DNA of 61,121 nt, counting the filler, from Rhabdomonas costata (taxonomy: Eukaryota): the NCBI GenBank assembly GCA_019059605.1. It is 20 parts of 20 records of this genome, joined end to end, with 100 filler letters (N's around TTAATTAATTAA, not from the genome) between each part and the next. Parts side by side here need not be neighbours in the genome. Positions count along the whole stretch, not along the records: positions 45,937 to 48,897 come from JAHMHO010001652.1; positions 48,998 to 51,954 come from JAHMHO010001653.1; positions 52,055 to 55,011 come from JAHMHO010001654.1; positions 55,112 to 58,067 come from JAHMHO010001655.1; positions 58,168 to 61,121 come from JAHMHO010001656.1; 15 more parts are not named here. One strand, written 5' to 3'. Shown here one piece after another: positions 46,333 to 59,329 of this stretch; position 1 is the stretch's first letter; each line of letters opens with the position of its first letter. The notes below the pieces were generated by a model. The model saw only the letters and a program-made list of their open reading frames with translations. It had not been told where the DNA came from and did not search any database. Position numbers and translations under genes: made by a program.

Positions 46333-47898
46333 TGTTGTTTGTTTCTATTCCAGACAGCTAGGTGTACGGTCAGGTTTTTTTTCGGATTTTAGCTGTACTT
46401 TTCCCAGCGTTTTCCACTGTGACTACTCTATTCTTTCACGGTAGGGGAACCAATATAGCAAAAAGTGGGCTGGATTGGTGTTTCTTGCAAAAACTTCACT
46501 GAGTGGTGTTCCTGGGGGGTGCGCAGGTCGAAACACAATCCTCTGCTACCATGTATTAGAGTCCGGTCTCCCGGATCTACTCTGGTTTTTTACCCTTTGA
46601 TTTCACTTTTTGTTGATCCCAGTTGTTTGATCCCAGTTTGCTCTCTATCTTCCCCTTAAAACAGGAATAATCGATGGGAATTTTCACCGGTGGGTAATCA
46701 CAGTTCACACGGTAAGTTCAACACAGGAAGATCGAAAGAAGGAGAAGGTGCCAGCAGGCAAGAAAAGCACGCCGCCTGATTCCGAGAGGTCGGTTGGCGG
46801 TTGGGATTTATTTTGGAAGCTCAGAAAGAGGTAAAATAAAGCCAAGAGGGAATTTACAAGCAAGGCATTGGAAAACTCTCAGAAAATGAAAAGCTTTAAT
46901 GGGGATTGATTCTAAAGCCTGATGATCAATTTGGAAAACTCGGTAGGAAATTTCCGACAAAATCAGCGGTAGACTTGCACTTTTATTAAACCAAAAACCG
47001 GTCAGTGGAAAACACGCAATACTGTACAAAACATGGGCGACAATGGGATGAGGGGATGAAAGGCGCAATGTAACGCAAGGGGACTCGAACCAAGGTGCGT
47101 ATTGATGTCACTGCGCAGCACAAGTGTGAGGAAAAGAAACAGTCCGTCAAAAGAACTGTGTTTTGTCAAAGGTTGTGGGTTGTCCAGCCATGATTTGGCC
47201 CACAAGATGGATGAGGGAATAATGGGCGAAAGGATCGGCCATAAAATTTGACGGTAGTGGGGAGAATGGGACTTGTCATGGGACACAACAGGAAAGAGGA
47301 TTTCGTGGGGGAAAGGTGTGAATGGGAAACATGTCAGAAAAATCGATAGAATTTCGGGTGGAACTGGTGGAAGGCACGATCTGATCCAAAAGGGATTTTT
47401 GTGTGGGCAGAAGCCAATGGGTAAGAAGGATACTTCATTGGAATGCACAAAGGACTGCGGCATCATTGGGATATGAGATGCAGACTTAACAGTGCTAGAG
47501 ACTGAGTTATGTGTTCTGAGCGGCCGCAACTCCAATTCTTTTGTAATCACTGTAAGGAGCGCTTCTCTGTTCTATTTCTTGTTCCGGGCTCTGTGGCCGC
47601 CGTTGCCGATTGTTATGCAAAGCGGTATCACTTGCAAAACCACAAGGCTGAAAAGCAGGGATTGATTTTGCTTCGGTGGGCATTTTTGGTTCAGTCAAAG
47701 TTGAGGAAGAATGGAAATTAGAGGAGGTGGGGACATATAGAGCAATAAACGCTCGAATTCGTTGTGAACATAAATGAGAGTGCAGGAAGAAAATCCCGTG
47801 ATGATGCGGCGTGGAAAATACCATTGCAGAGTCCAGGTCCGAGGGTGTTAATCAAGGCTGTTTATATGGGTGATGATTCGGAGTAGGCGTGGACTATA
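45937..47898 (-). mobile_element. 5' end of an LTR retrotransposon: putative LTR about 47898-46454, primer-binding site 46452-46436, gag
   Basis: TGGTTCCCCTACCGTGA lies about 100 bp before gag; TATAG...CTATA inverted termini bound a compositionally distinct block. The 47898 boundary is tentative. Confidence 0.55.
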
Positions 47899-49879
47899 AT
47901 GTTGGGAATGGCGATGAGACACACCACATAACGCACACCATCACCTGCCATGAAGAAGACTTATCAAATTTTCAAACATGGTTAACCGAATAAAAAAATA
48001 TAGCTGTTGCGCTGCTCAGAAGGCAAGTTTTAACCACAAGGCAACGGCGACATCATTGCAAATCCAGGATCCGGCCACTTTCGGCCATATGCTACCTAAC
48101 ATCACCATCGGTAGTAGTGCATTTACCATGTGAAAAACAATTCCAAATTGGCCCGCCAGCTGCCGCTCCAGAGGCGGTTTTTCTTTGTAAACTTGGTGTT
48201 TACCAAGGTTTATTGTTTGCGTTCCTTGACCCTTATTACGTGTCCTGCTTCTTGGATTCCTCTCGGCTTTTTTGGCTTCCTGCATTTAGAAGGACTCTGT
48301 CACGTTGCCACCGCCGTTTCTTATTTCTCCATTCACAGCCTTTTTGGTAAATTTCGTCGTGCAAATGCGCTTTCCATTAAAAGTTTTTTTGATCCCATGA
48401 GGAAACGGATCAAAGTGCAATTTTGAGTCTTTTATGTAACATAAGAATTTTGGTATTATTTCCTTCGGCCCTCATGCGTCACGCGTATAATTTGTATCAC
48501 TCATTGCCTCTGGCAACATTTCGTCTCCAAACAGCCACATATAAGTTATGTGCTTCACATGCTCCACATTCACACAGCCATAAAATTTCCACGGATTCCA
48601 GATCTTGACGTCGCAACTGGCTGCTTACACCGTCATTTTCTTCGCCTCATCCATAGGCTCGTTTTTCTTTTTTCATCCACTTGATGGAAAAGCCATAAAC
48701 TTAGGAATTCTCCTTTGAAGTCAAACAGAAATTATATTACACTATTGTACTTTCTTTCTCATGTGCTGCGGCAGCTGTTTATAGTACCCTCTCTATCTTT
48801 AATGCTTGTATATTTGTGGTCTTTGCTTCAATTAAATCAGCGAAAAACTTTTGGCGCGCGTATGCTGGCAGGGTAAATTTTGTATTAGTAATAATATNNN
48901 NNNNNNNNNNNNNNNNNNNNNNNNNNNNNNNNNNNNNNNNNTTAATTAATTAANNNNNNNNNNNNNNNNNNNNNNNNNNNNNNNNNNNNNNNNNNNNTGC
49001 CTACGTTAGTATACTGCTAATATCCTCGCTAATGTTTTGCACGAAGCCCCGGGACCCCTCGCCAAAATAGTTCGGCTTAAACCCAACAGATGCACCATGC
49101 AACACGAATGGCATATCCACAAAAGCACTAAAAATCTTGAGCCGCGGCCGGACCAAAACTACAAGTGCATCACTCTCTAACATCTAATATTTTTCTGTTG
49201 CAATCTGTTGAAATCCCAAGAGAATCCCTTCGCTCTAACCCCCGTTGTAGTCTCCATAAGCTTTCAGGGGACACCCGAATCTGAGTGTCTTTTGTTTTGT
49301 ACTGAATAGGGGCCGCGGCTGAGAAGTGAGCGAGTTCGAAGGACAGGTGACAGTGTGCTGCGCCGCGCAAGCGAATTCCAAGCGCGTCCCGTGTATACTG
49401 CCGTGCTTATTGTGAGTCAGTCACGGAAGGGGCACTTGCAGCTGGGTTTCGGCTCCTTGACCACTTGGAGGCCCTGCGGACCGCCGCTGTTCGCCGCTGT
49501 TGTTGGGTGAAAAGGGTAAAAACTGGTACGAATACTGTCAGACACCGAAATGGACTGAAATCCATATCACGGACTAACACGCTGGTCTCGATTACCCCAA
49601 CAAGGTCTTCCCCTGTGGAATATGGGGGCCAGCAGGTGCATGGTTGGGGACATAATGCCTCGGCGCGCTTAAATGATGGCATTCTCGTTCCGGGGCGACA
49701 CTTGGGATGGCTACTGGGAAGGGTCGTAAATGAGCGTTCTTCAGTCGCCCCTTGCCACCAAACCCCATACACAGCCACCCGGCATTCCCCGGAAGGCAAG
49801 TTCACCCCTGTTCCGGACGACGAAGAGCAGGGATAAAGGCACCATATGTTTGGTCGCCAGAGAGGCACTCACGGACACT

Positions 49880-50535
49880 CACACGCTCATATACCAACTC
49901 GTTTTCCCATTTAGAGAACTCCGAGCGGGTGATGTCCACCGTGCTGGCGGCCAGCACGGCAGGCTCGTGGTGAATGGAGAGGCCCATTTCCCCTGTGACC
50001 TGGTTGACGAGGTAGTACTGAACAACGCTGGCGTTGTAGAACTCGTTCGGCATGCTCTGCGCTATGTAAACGGTGGGGTTGTTGTTGCCATGGATGAGGT
50101 CCAGATTCAGACGCGAGTACGTGGTCCACAGGTTCCAACTCAGGGTACCCGTCTCGGGGTACCTTCTGAAAAAGAGAAACACTGCAGCGTTGCAATTCCC
50201 AAACTTCTCTGCTTTCATCATCTGCAGTACGACATGCCAAACCCTCCGGGGGAAGCATGCAGCACATGAAAGCAAGAGACAAAAAAAGAGCCGTGCCAGC
50301 CAAAGGGGTGTAAGGAAAGCCCCACAGCATTGACTTCATTTGGAACATCCGCAGCGCCTCGGTTTTAGAATCAAGAGTCGCTTTTACACACATTCACTTT
50401 GTGGAATACAGTACCTGTCCGCTCCACATCTGTGTGATTAGTGCTTCGGGAGGGATAATATCCACCCTCAACCAACCAGCCGAGCTACGAACGTGGCGTG
50501 GCATTCCACCTTCCAGCCGCCCGGCCACCTGCACT

Positions 50536-50566
<31 letters not shown>

Positions 50567-51047
50567 GATCCTGGCGAAGTCGGAGCCTCCACACAGGTTT
50601 TAGAATGACCCCACCGCCAAAACGACCCACACAGGACAGCACTCCACCGCCTTTATTCAACCACTCTTGAATCCGCACCGCTCCCTCAGCAACATCAGAA
50701 GGCTTCCTCCTCAACCTGCACCAACCTGCGCTAACCTACATGTATCGTTACAACGTGAATCCGCTTTAAGCTTTGTCAAGTGCAGCACCTCGGTGTGGAG
50801 TGCATGAGCATGGTGTAGGTAATCATGGAGAGGTACTGGCTGCCCCGGAGGTCGAAGTGCAGGCTCAAGCAATACAGGTGCTGGGTGAAGTTCTGTAGCA
50901 CCGTTTCCGCGGAGTTACCGAGCACCCCAGTGCCCTTCAGGCGGTAGGACGAAGTAAGGCTGAGGTCCTCCGAGGGCTGCACCAGCGCCATGAACGCGCT
51001 CTGGGTGCTGCGCATGGTGGAGCTGCGGAGCTGCAGGGTCACCGCCT
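49880..51047 (-). CDS. Uncharacterised protein exons, possibly an extracellular sensor region
   Basis: Two GC3-rich exon-like blocks (about 51047-50790 and 50163-49880) with AG/GT borders. Confidence 0.4.
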
Positions 51048-52430
51048 GAGAGCAGAAAATTGCCTCTATAGAAATTGCCTCTGGGGTGAGCGTGCGGTGG
51101 TGATTTGTGGGCATGAGACCACTTTTCGGATCCAAGCAAACCGAATCTGTGGTAGTGCAGACAAACAGGGCTTGCTCACGTCACAGGGAAGAACTGGAGC
51201 AAAAGAACAAGGTCAGGCGAACAGCCTGTCAAAGAATCATGAAGTAGAGGGTTCAGTTCCAGCACTGTATTTTCCTACAAAAAGGGGAGTCAAACAAAGC
51301 AGTAATAGCCACGAAGTCACTACAACACAAAAGCCAACAGTGTTTCTCACCACATGAGACTTTCTGTAACCATTCACCCACGATAATTCCGCACAGTCCA
51401 CTACGAGAGTCTGGGCAGTTGTAACGTACCTGCACTGTTCGAGGGGGGGGGGAGTAGAGGGCTTGAAAAGCACACACCATTAGGTGCTCGAATAATCATC
51501 TCAGGCCAATAGTGCACATACCACAGCATTCCAGAATAACAACAGCAGCCATTCCCGTTCCTTCCGACCCAATCCTCATACATCCACTTTCACAGCATAC
51601 CACTCATTCCCTTTTCTTGTTTTGTATACTTCATCCACGAACTAAGATCAGCCTTGCGTTTCTGCGACCCACGCAACGTTGATCCTTCCCATCATCTGGG
51701 GGTACCTCCTTGCCGTTACCCGTCTTTGCCCTGCTGCGCAGCTTCCTTTTTGTTTCTCATGCCCCTTGTAAATCTCTTTTTTCCTTGGCTGTCTCAGTGC
51801 CTCGTGCGCCCGCCCTCCCCTCTTGGTCCTCGGGGTGCCCACTGTTAGTGAGCAGTTTGTTTTGTTTTGCTCCCACCGTGCCTCAACATGTTGCGATGCA
51901 ATGCCACGCATTCTTGAGTGTAAAATGCCACCCACACCCAAACACACCCACCACNNNNNNNNNNNNNNNNNNNNNNNNNNNNNNNNNNNNNNNNNNNNTT
52001 AATTAATTAANNNNNNNNNNNNNNNNNNNNNNNNNNNNNNNNNNNNNNNNNNNNGTGTGTGTGTAATTCACCAGTGAGTGCGCGGACGAGCCGTTCGACG
52101 CTTCTGATGCCAAAGCGTAAGTTTCAGTCGCACCCCCTCGTGTAGCTTGTGCCGCTCAGATGCGAAGTGACATAAGATGTCAGCCGTGCACCATGAGTTA
52201 CGATAATCTCCCCTGAGAGGTGTCCGCACGGTGGATGTCCATGTCCACTGAATTGACAATTTTAGCTCTGAGCCAACAGAGGTTGGGAGAGGAGTTGGTA
52301 GACCATGCGAACTCCCGGCTTCAGTTGCTGATTGTGTTTGCTTTTCATTGTATTCCCATCCTCTCGCCCCTCCCCCTCCCGGGACTGCTTCCCTTCTGCT
52401 TGAAACCTGCTTGTGTGAGCCCAAGAAAAA

Positions 52431-53070
52431 ATGGACGAGGAAGAGCAGAAGCGGGACACCGTGAAGATCTACAACCCGACCTATCTGATGAAGCCCCGGC
52501 CTGGCACAAAGTTTATCCGAGTGACCGTCGAGGGAATCATGCAGCGTATCCTGGAGGCTAGGCTAAAGGAGGTGAAGTACGACGCCGATGAGATGGTCTG
52601 CGTGTCTGCGTTCTTGGCGGGTTTTGGCGGGGCGGACCACAGCCAGTATCGCAGCGTGTTGGCTATTCCGGATGTCTTGGGCTGCTTCGCATATGCTTCG
52701 CGGCGCAAGATCCCAGGTGAGAGGCTGTTCTGAGGGCTTCACGAGCGATAGTTATGGCCGGGACTGACACGCAGCGAAATTTTGGGACCCAAGTTTTTGG
52801 TTAATAGATGCGAGTTTATGCGGTTTATTGGGATTTCAGATCAACCTCAGCAAGGAGCTGTGCGCGGAGATCCAGGCCGAAGTTAAGAAACTGGGCTACG
52901 AGCGCTACAAGCTGGTCACTCAGGTGGTCATCTCCGAGGCCAAGGGCCAGGGCCAGCGCGTGGCCTCACGGTGTCTGTGGGACCCCGAGCAAGACAACTA
53001 CGCCCAAGCCACCTTCCGGAACAACACCCTGATCTGCGTGGCCATCGTGTTCGGATGCTACTGGGAGTGA
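52431..53070 (+). CDS. Tctex-1 family dynein light chain (TCTEX1D2-like); exons 52431-52595, 52840-53070
   Basis: PTYLMKP..KF..ILEARL..KY.., RYKLVTQVVISEAKGQGQRVASRCLWDPEQDNYA..FRNNTLICVAIVFGCYWE*; complete gene. Confidence 0.92.
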
Positions 53071-53850
53071 GCCTGGCTCGAAATAATACCTGTCCCCCCT
53101 CCCTGGCACCTGAATGACCTATCTCTCAATTCCTGCCCCCCGAACTTCTGCCTGTACGGAGCTGTAAGTCGCTGGGGCGGCAGGGCCTGTGCAGAGCTGG
53201 TCGATTGTACTTTCTCGCTTCCTGTTGCATGAGACTGCCCCCCCCCCAAGCACCGGTGGAGCTTTGTATGTGTTTCTGGAGTGTCTCACCGTGTTGCTGC
53301 TTCATGTCTGAGCCACCGTGTGTTTCCGTTTTGTTGAGGGACAAGGGAAGGAATGTGGCTCTTCACCAATTTCTTTTCGGTTTCTGAAATGGAAATGTAT
53401 TTAAAAAAAACAGGGGGAGTGCCCACGATTACTGACCTGTATTGAAATCGGTAAATCACTGCAGAAAAAGATCCTTGCGGAAATTCGATTTTGGTCACCC
53501 AACCTGACCTCGTTTGATTTTATTTTGGGTGGTGGGTGAAACTCAAACCATTTCAGTGGGTTACATATTCAATGGCTTTATTATGGGCGTTACTAGCAAC
53601 TGACCCTGATCGATCATTTCATGCTTCGAATTGCCCAACGACTGACATCGCACAGAGTTGATGGAAGAAGATCTGGTGGTGCGAAAACAGATTAAGTGCG
53701 CATGATGGCATGAGCTCGCGCAAGCCTTGCACCAATGGTGCTAGCTACACACACTTGTGATGCCCACGTGTCGTCGCATAGGATTTATCTCTTCGTTTTG
53801 TTTGTTTGTCGAGTACCGTGGAAAAAAGAAGCCCAGATCTCTGAGCAAAG

Positions 53851-54932
53851 ATGGCGGAGATTGTGCATATGTACCAGAAGCCTCGGCGGGAGTTCGGGAG
53901 GCATCCCGAGTTTCAGGTACACAGCCGCCCACACAGGCTGCCCTCCCTCGCCTGCCGAAGCAGATTGTACCCTGCCTTCTTTTGGGTTGCTCCCCGGAAA
54001 AGGTTGCCCTCATGGTGTGCGCTTTACTGAGGACCGAAAGAAAAAGATCTGAGGCTCTTCGGCCCTTCGACAAGAAGCGGTACAGGGTCCTGCTGTATAG
54101 AATCGCTATAAGTCCAGCTTCAACTTCAGTTTCCGTAATGGCGTGCCCTCTCTCCTTTGCCGCCTGTTTTTCTCACTATGACACCCCTTTGCTCGATACT
54201 TGTTTATTTTTTTTCACAGGACTCGAAGCCCGAGGTCCTGGTGGACACTCACCCCAACCCAGACATCCAGGCGATATACCTTCGGCAGGACCCTTATGAG
54301 ACGGAGATTCAGTGCGTCGACGAGCTCTCGGAGTCCCAAACTAACACGGAGCGGATCATGCTGAAGCCCCAGGGCATGGTTCACCTAGAGGTACCACGGC
54401 AGCGCTTCGAGGGCAGAAGGGTCGGACTGACCTTGCGGGGGATTAAAACAAAAGTCCGTGCTTTCCCCCAACATAGCTCGCATTCGTCGCCTCCAGTCAC
54501 TTCTGAAAACTTAATGGATCAGATCCTTCTTTCACTTCACGTGTGTGCCTTTTATTTATGAGATTCCTGAGGGTTGTTGGGGTTGGCCATATATTATTAT
54601 CGCAAAAAGAACGTAAAACAAACAGGAGGTTCGGGAAAAGGAAAAAACTCCCGAAAAACATTTTAGTGGTCAGCTCTGCTGTTGCTGCATCCAGGCTTCC
54701 TATCTATCTATCCCGATATTTCAGATCGTTTAATATCATTCTCGTTCTGGTGCTGCCCAGGGTGGTTGGCCCAGCGGAGTGGATCCCACGGAGATTGAGA
54801 ACAAGATCAAGTACACCAAAAAGGCCGAACGTGAGGAGGGCTACATCAATGCCTGCAAGGCCCTCATCGAGCCCTCCGAGCGCTACATCAAGCACAACAA
54901 CACCATCGACATCTATGACGAGTACTTCTCAT
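53851..54932 (+). CDS. DNAI2: Outer-arm dynein intermediate chain 2 (IC2/ODA6), first exons 53851-53916, 54220-54390, 54761-54932
   Basis: MAEIVHMYQKPRREFGRHP..ELSESQTNTE..GMVHLEGGWPSGVDPTE..KYTKKAEREEGY..IKHNNTIDIYDEYF. Confidence 0.9.
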
Positions 54933-56639
54933 GTACCCATTGCCCCCCTCATCCCGCCCGCATTTGCTGACGATCGAAGCACAACGCACCGCCGAAGAGA
55001 CCAATTCCTATNNNNNNNNNNNNNNNNNNNNNNNNNNNNNNNNNNNNNNNNNNNNTTAATTAATTAANNNNNNNNNNNNNNNNNNNNNNNNNNNNNNNNN
55101 NNNNNNNNNNNTTGTGGGTTTCGGTAGTCATGGCCTTCGCTTCTCGGGTGGGTTTGGGTCGCTCTGGTGTTTGGGTTCTGGGGTCTTGGGGTCTGAGTTG
55201 CATCCCAGTCCCAACGTTACGATGACCCCTGAACCCGAGATGTCGACACAGCCGCTGAAGACCCACGCAAAGAATGGCCCGAAGCGCAGCGGAGTAGGTG
55301 CCGAAGGCGCAAGGGGCCCCACGATATCGTGGAGGGGGAGATGGCGGAGGGCGACTGCTTGTGCAACGAGGAAAGACGAGAGCGACGGGAAAAGCAGTCC
55401 CCGAAAGGAGTTCCTGTGGTCAGGCTGGTGGACTGCGGGATTGATTGTTTTCAAGTCTTGCACTCGCCACATTGTCAGTGTTTTCCCATGTTTTTGTCAA
55501 CACAACATGTCCAGGTCACTACCTGAACTTCAAGAAGCTTCTTCCGACCGTGAATGGCGTCTGCTTAAGAGTATTTGCAAGCGAGTCCTCGCTCGTCCTC
55601 AGCTTCTCAGTAGCGTGGAACGCTGGTTTGCTGACGTCAGCTGTGAGCATGCTTCGATGCAGTTTGACTTTGGAAGCGACTGAGAGAAACGAACAGCACA
55701 GATTCCCTGTATCCTTTGTGTTTCAACCTCAAGAAAAACACGGTTGGAGAGAAAAACGGAATAGTTGGATGTTAAAAAGAGTGAAGGACGCTTATTTTGG
55801 TCACAACAAAACAGTTGTAAAATAACGCTGAGCAGCTGAATGATTTCAGCACTGGGAGTGAGCAAAAATATGTGAGCGTTTTACACTGTTCAGGTACCAC
55901 AAGGAAGCCATCACTCCGCAGCGCCAGAGCTTCTCCTTCGTCCTCAGTGGCATTTTTGCAGCAAAGCGGCAACCTGTTTCCAGAGAGCATCCGCTGTATT
56001 TGGAATGTCGCGAGGATGTGAATCTTTTCGCACAGTCCGTTCTCAAGGAGGCGTACTGGCCGGCCGCTGTGGCGTGGTTATGCCGCAACCGCGAACTTCG
56101 TGAAGCTTTTGTTTCGGTATTTTTCACTCTCAAGTCGCGTTATGTCGTTCAGTTGTGAAGCTTTCGGTGCTTGACGTTTTTGTGTAATTTGGAATTTTCA
56201 GAACTTTCCAATGCATTCAACTTTTTGGTGGAGTGTGCATATGTCGTTGCGCAGGTCTGCGCGACGATTCGGAGCAGCACCTTGGCATACACAAGCAACT
56301 ATGCTGCCTCCTTCGAATCACCCCCACCGTCCTTCTCTAAGCCTCGTCTTATGGCCCCGGCTCAAACTTCTTCAGTGGTATGGCAGCTTCTCATCTTTTC
56401 AGCTTCTTATCCAGCTCTCTTAGCAGCGTTCCTGCTTCAAATAACACACCGCAAAATCCATGAAAAAATTCAGAATATAGGCCTGCGCAGTGTTTTGGGA
56501 GGCCCACTGTATATAAAGATGCTTCGGCTTTGGAAACGTGGGTTCCGTCTCAAAAAATCTTTGTAGTCGTTCGTGTCCTTGGGTCCTGTTTTAAACGTTT
56601 TCACTGTCGTTTCACTGTTATTTTTCGTTTGTCTGTAGC

Positions 56640-57915
56640 TTCTGCCTGGTGGATGGCGGCCGTCTCCTGGCCGAAACAAACCCCTGGCCGCATCGGTTCC
56701 ATTGTCTTCGACAGCAAAGTATGCTTCTCGCGGACCTGCTATTGAAGCACCGGAGGTTGACCTGGGTGCGATCAAGCGAAAGTTGCGGGCACGGCAGGCC
56801 AGGGATCCGCAGACGGAGACCGGCCCAAAGACGGTTTATGTTTGTGCTGACCACACCCACTCCCGGCTTCCGCATGCGTGCGGTTTTGATTGATGGTCTC
56901 ATTTGTTGGTTTTTTTTGCTCGTAGACTTTTGTTCTGTGCTTCCCAACCCTACTTCACTCCCTTCGACAGGAGCGAGTGCCTTGGAGTACATTTCAGTAC
57001 TCTGTCAACTCCATGCGGTCGGAACACCAGGCTTCTTTTGGGAAGGTGCGCGTCTACGACGCCACAGCCGGTGGAAAACGGTACCTCCGCTATTTTTTGA
57101 GGGGCCTGCAAAAGAATATGTGGGAAGCGAAAAGAGCAATCCGTTCTGTCATGGATTTTTTGCCGTCGAGTTTTTCGTGCGTAGTGACTGTTTTAAAACA
57201 TGTGTGACCTCAATGAGGGCAATAGTGATGGTCAGTTGCGAAATGTCTCTTGGTTTGTTCCTGCGCGGATGTCTTCCTCCGCGCCACACGCGAGTTCCAT
57301 GCGCAAAGTTCTGCTGCCCTGCGCTTCTCTCACGTTTCAGACGACAGGTTGCTGTCTCGCACGCCCCAACGGCCCCACTAGGTTACTCAATGTCTGCCCT
57401 GGACGAAGCAAGGGTCGCCGCAGAGTTGCAGTCTCTCAGGGAGGTTTGCTACCCGTGATCCTGTGGCTGTGCGCAACGATCATGACGACCAAAATTCTCT
57501 AAATTTTTGGATTCTAAATTTCTAAATTTCTAAATTAGGAGCATTTCATTCTTTCCATTTCAATTTAGCTCGTGCACTGTTTGCGACAATACCTGTTTGC
57601 GACAATACCGGTTTGCTTCGCGAGCAGATAATGAAGAGGCGCAGGTATGTGAAAATCGAGAGATGAATGTAACGTTCCCACTTTCTTGTACTCCCCAGTG
57701 TCGCCGGTCAGCAGTGTGTGTATGTGCCCGGTTGCGCAGTCCAGCCCACCCCTTGACCTGACGAAGCCCCCGCAACGCAGTGAGGCTCCCAGGCCAGTCA
57801 TGGCCCGGCGCGAGGTTGACATGCTGCAGGGCGTGGCCCTGGGCAGCCCTGCAGCGGTGCGCTCGCCTCTGCCTCCGCAGACGGAGAGGCGCATCCCGTG
57901 GGACATCACCGTGGT
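56640..57915 (+). CDS. Uncharacterised multi-exon protein fragment
   Basis: Exon-like blocks at about 56640-56833, 56971-57080, 57349-57443 and 57740-57913 bounded by AG/GT. Confidence 0.3.
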
Positions 57916-59329
57916 CCGAGGCCCCTCTCATTCTTTTTTCGGCCCTGAAAACGTGATCGTGTCAAATCACTTGACTTCCTCTTATAAACCATGTTTGGTT
58001 TTTAACCCCCCCTTGCGCGTAGGGAGACTTCTGTCTGTTAGGTGCTTTGTCCATGAGCTGCGAGCTGNNNNNNNNNNNNNNNNNNNNNNNNNNNNNNNNN
58101 NNNNNNNNNNNTTAATTAATTAANNNNNNNNNNNNNNNNNNNNNNNNNNNNNNNNNNNNNNNNNNNNGTGTTTCTCAGAACCAGAACCTCTGAATACTTC
58201 CCATTTCGCTCAGTCGGAGGACCCCTCGGAGGAGCTGGACAGCGACGGCAGCGAGATGCTCATCGCGGCCTTCACACCCTCGCGGCCGTGGAGCTCCTGC
58301 GGGGACCTCCCCTCCCACCGGTACGCGGATCATTCCATGGAGGGTCCCTCCAGTTCCGCCGCTGCGGAGGGGCTGCTGCCCTTTGAGCTGCCCCGCTTCG
58401 GGGACATCTTATTTCTTGTCATTGATCTTTCGGTCACTCTCATGCTTACTAAGTTCGCACCTTCCTTTTCTCGAAAAAGGGGAAGGCCACTTTGGAAAAG
58501 CGAGAAGGTGAAGGACAGAAAGCGTCGTTCTCCCGCTCAGTCAATGAGCAAGAGGCCCCGCAAATCGCAACAATACAAAAGAAATAAGGTTGTATACTCA
58601 GAAATATAATCAGATTTGAACGTGAGCCCCAGCATTCAGCCGAGTTAGCAGGAATGGAGGAGTCCAGACATCTACACCAGTCCTTCTGGTTTTCTCAGCG
58701 GATTGGCGGTGGGAATTGAGCTCGGAATTTATTTTTCCCCATGCAGAACAAAAGAGACACAAACGTCATATTAAAGAATGAAAATGCACACTGAAAAGAC
58801 GATAGCGCGGTTGTGTTGGTGGGAAGAAGTCCGACTCTTTTCACTACTGCACGCAAACTCACTCCGAAGAGCAAATCGCGCGCATCGATAATACCGGTTC
58901 CAACTCTAATTTTACTCGTTATTGCAGTCCACACGTAGCAGTGCAGGCAAGACCGTTTCGCTTCAGGGAAAACCTCTCCAGTTTGGATGCGAGACACGTA
59001 CAGAGGTGAGGACACACATACTCGAAGGTTTGGCTCCGCAGGCTCGGCAGGATGAGGAGGAGGCAGCAAAGGCGAGCTTCGGCCTTCAGCGGGGTCGGAA
59101 ACAAGCTGTGGGAAGCGGAAAGAATGTACAATGCAGGAGTTAACGAGCGCGGATTAGTAACCCAAGCTTGCAGATGCGAGTGGGTGACTCGCATTCTCCG
59201 AGGGCAGAAATCAGCACGCAAAAAAAAGCGCTTCGCTCCCCAAAAAGTTCAGGAAGTTGGGGACGTATAACGGGACAAAAGGCGAGAGAGAAGCTGCGGG
59301 AGGAGGGAGGGGGAGAGATGGCTTGTACC

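Noticed and set aside
57496-57612. Short tandem repeats (TTCTAAAT x4; TGTTTGCGACAATACC x2); also GT/GC, GGAAA and CT microsatellites elsewhere and a ~38-bp duplication at 39525-39591
   Set aside because: Ordinary intronic slippage repeats with no further structure.
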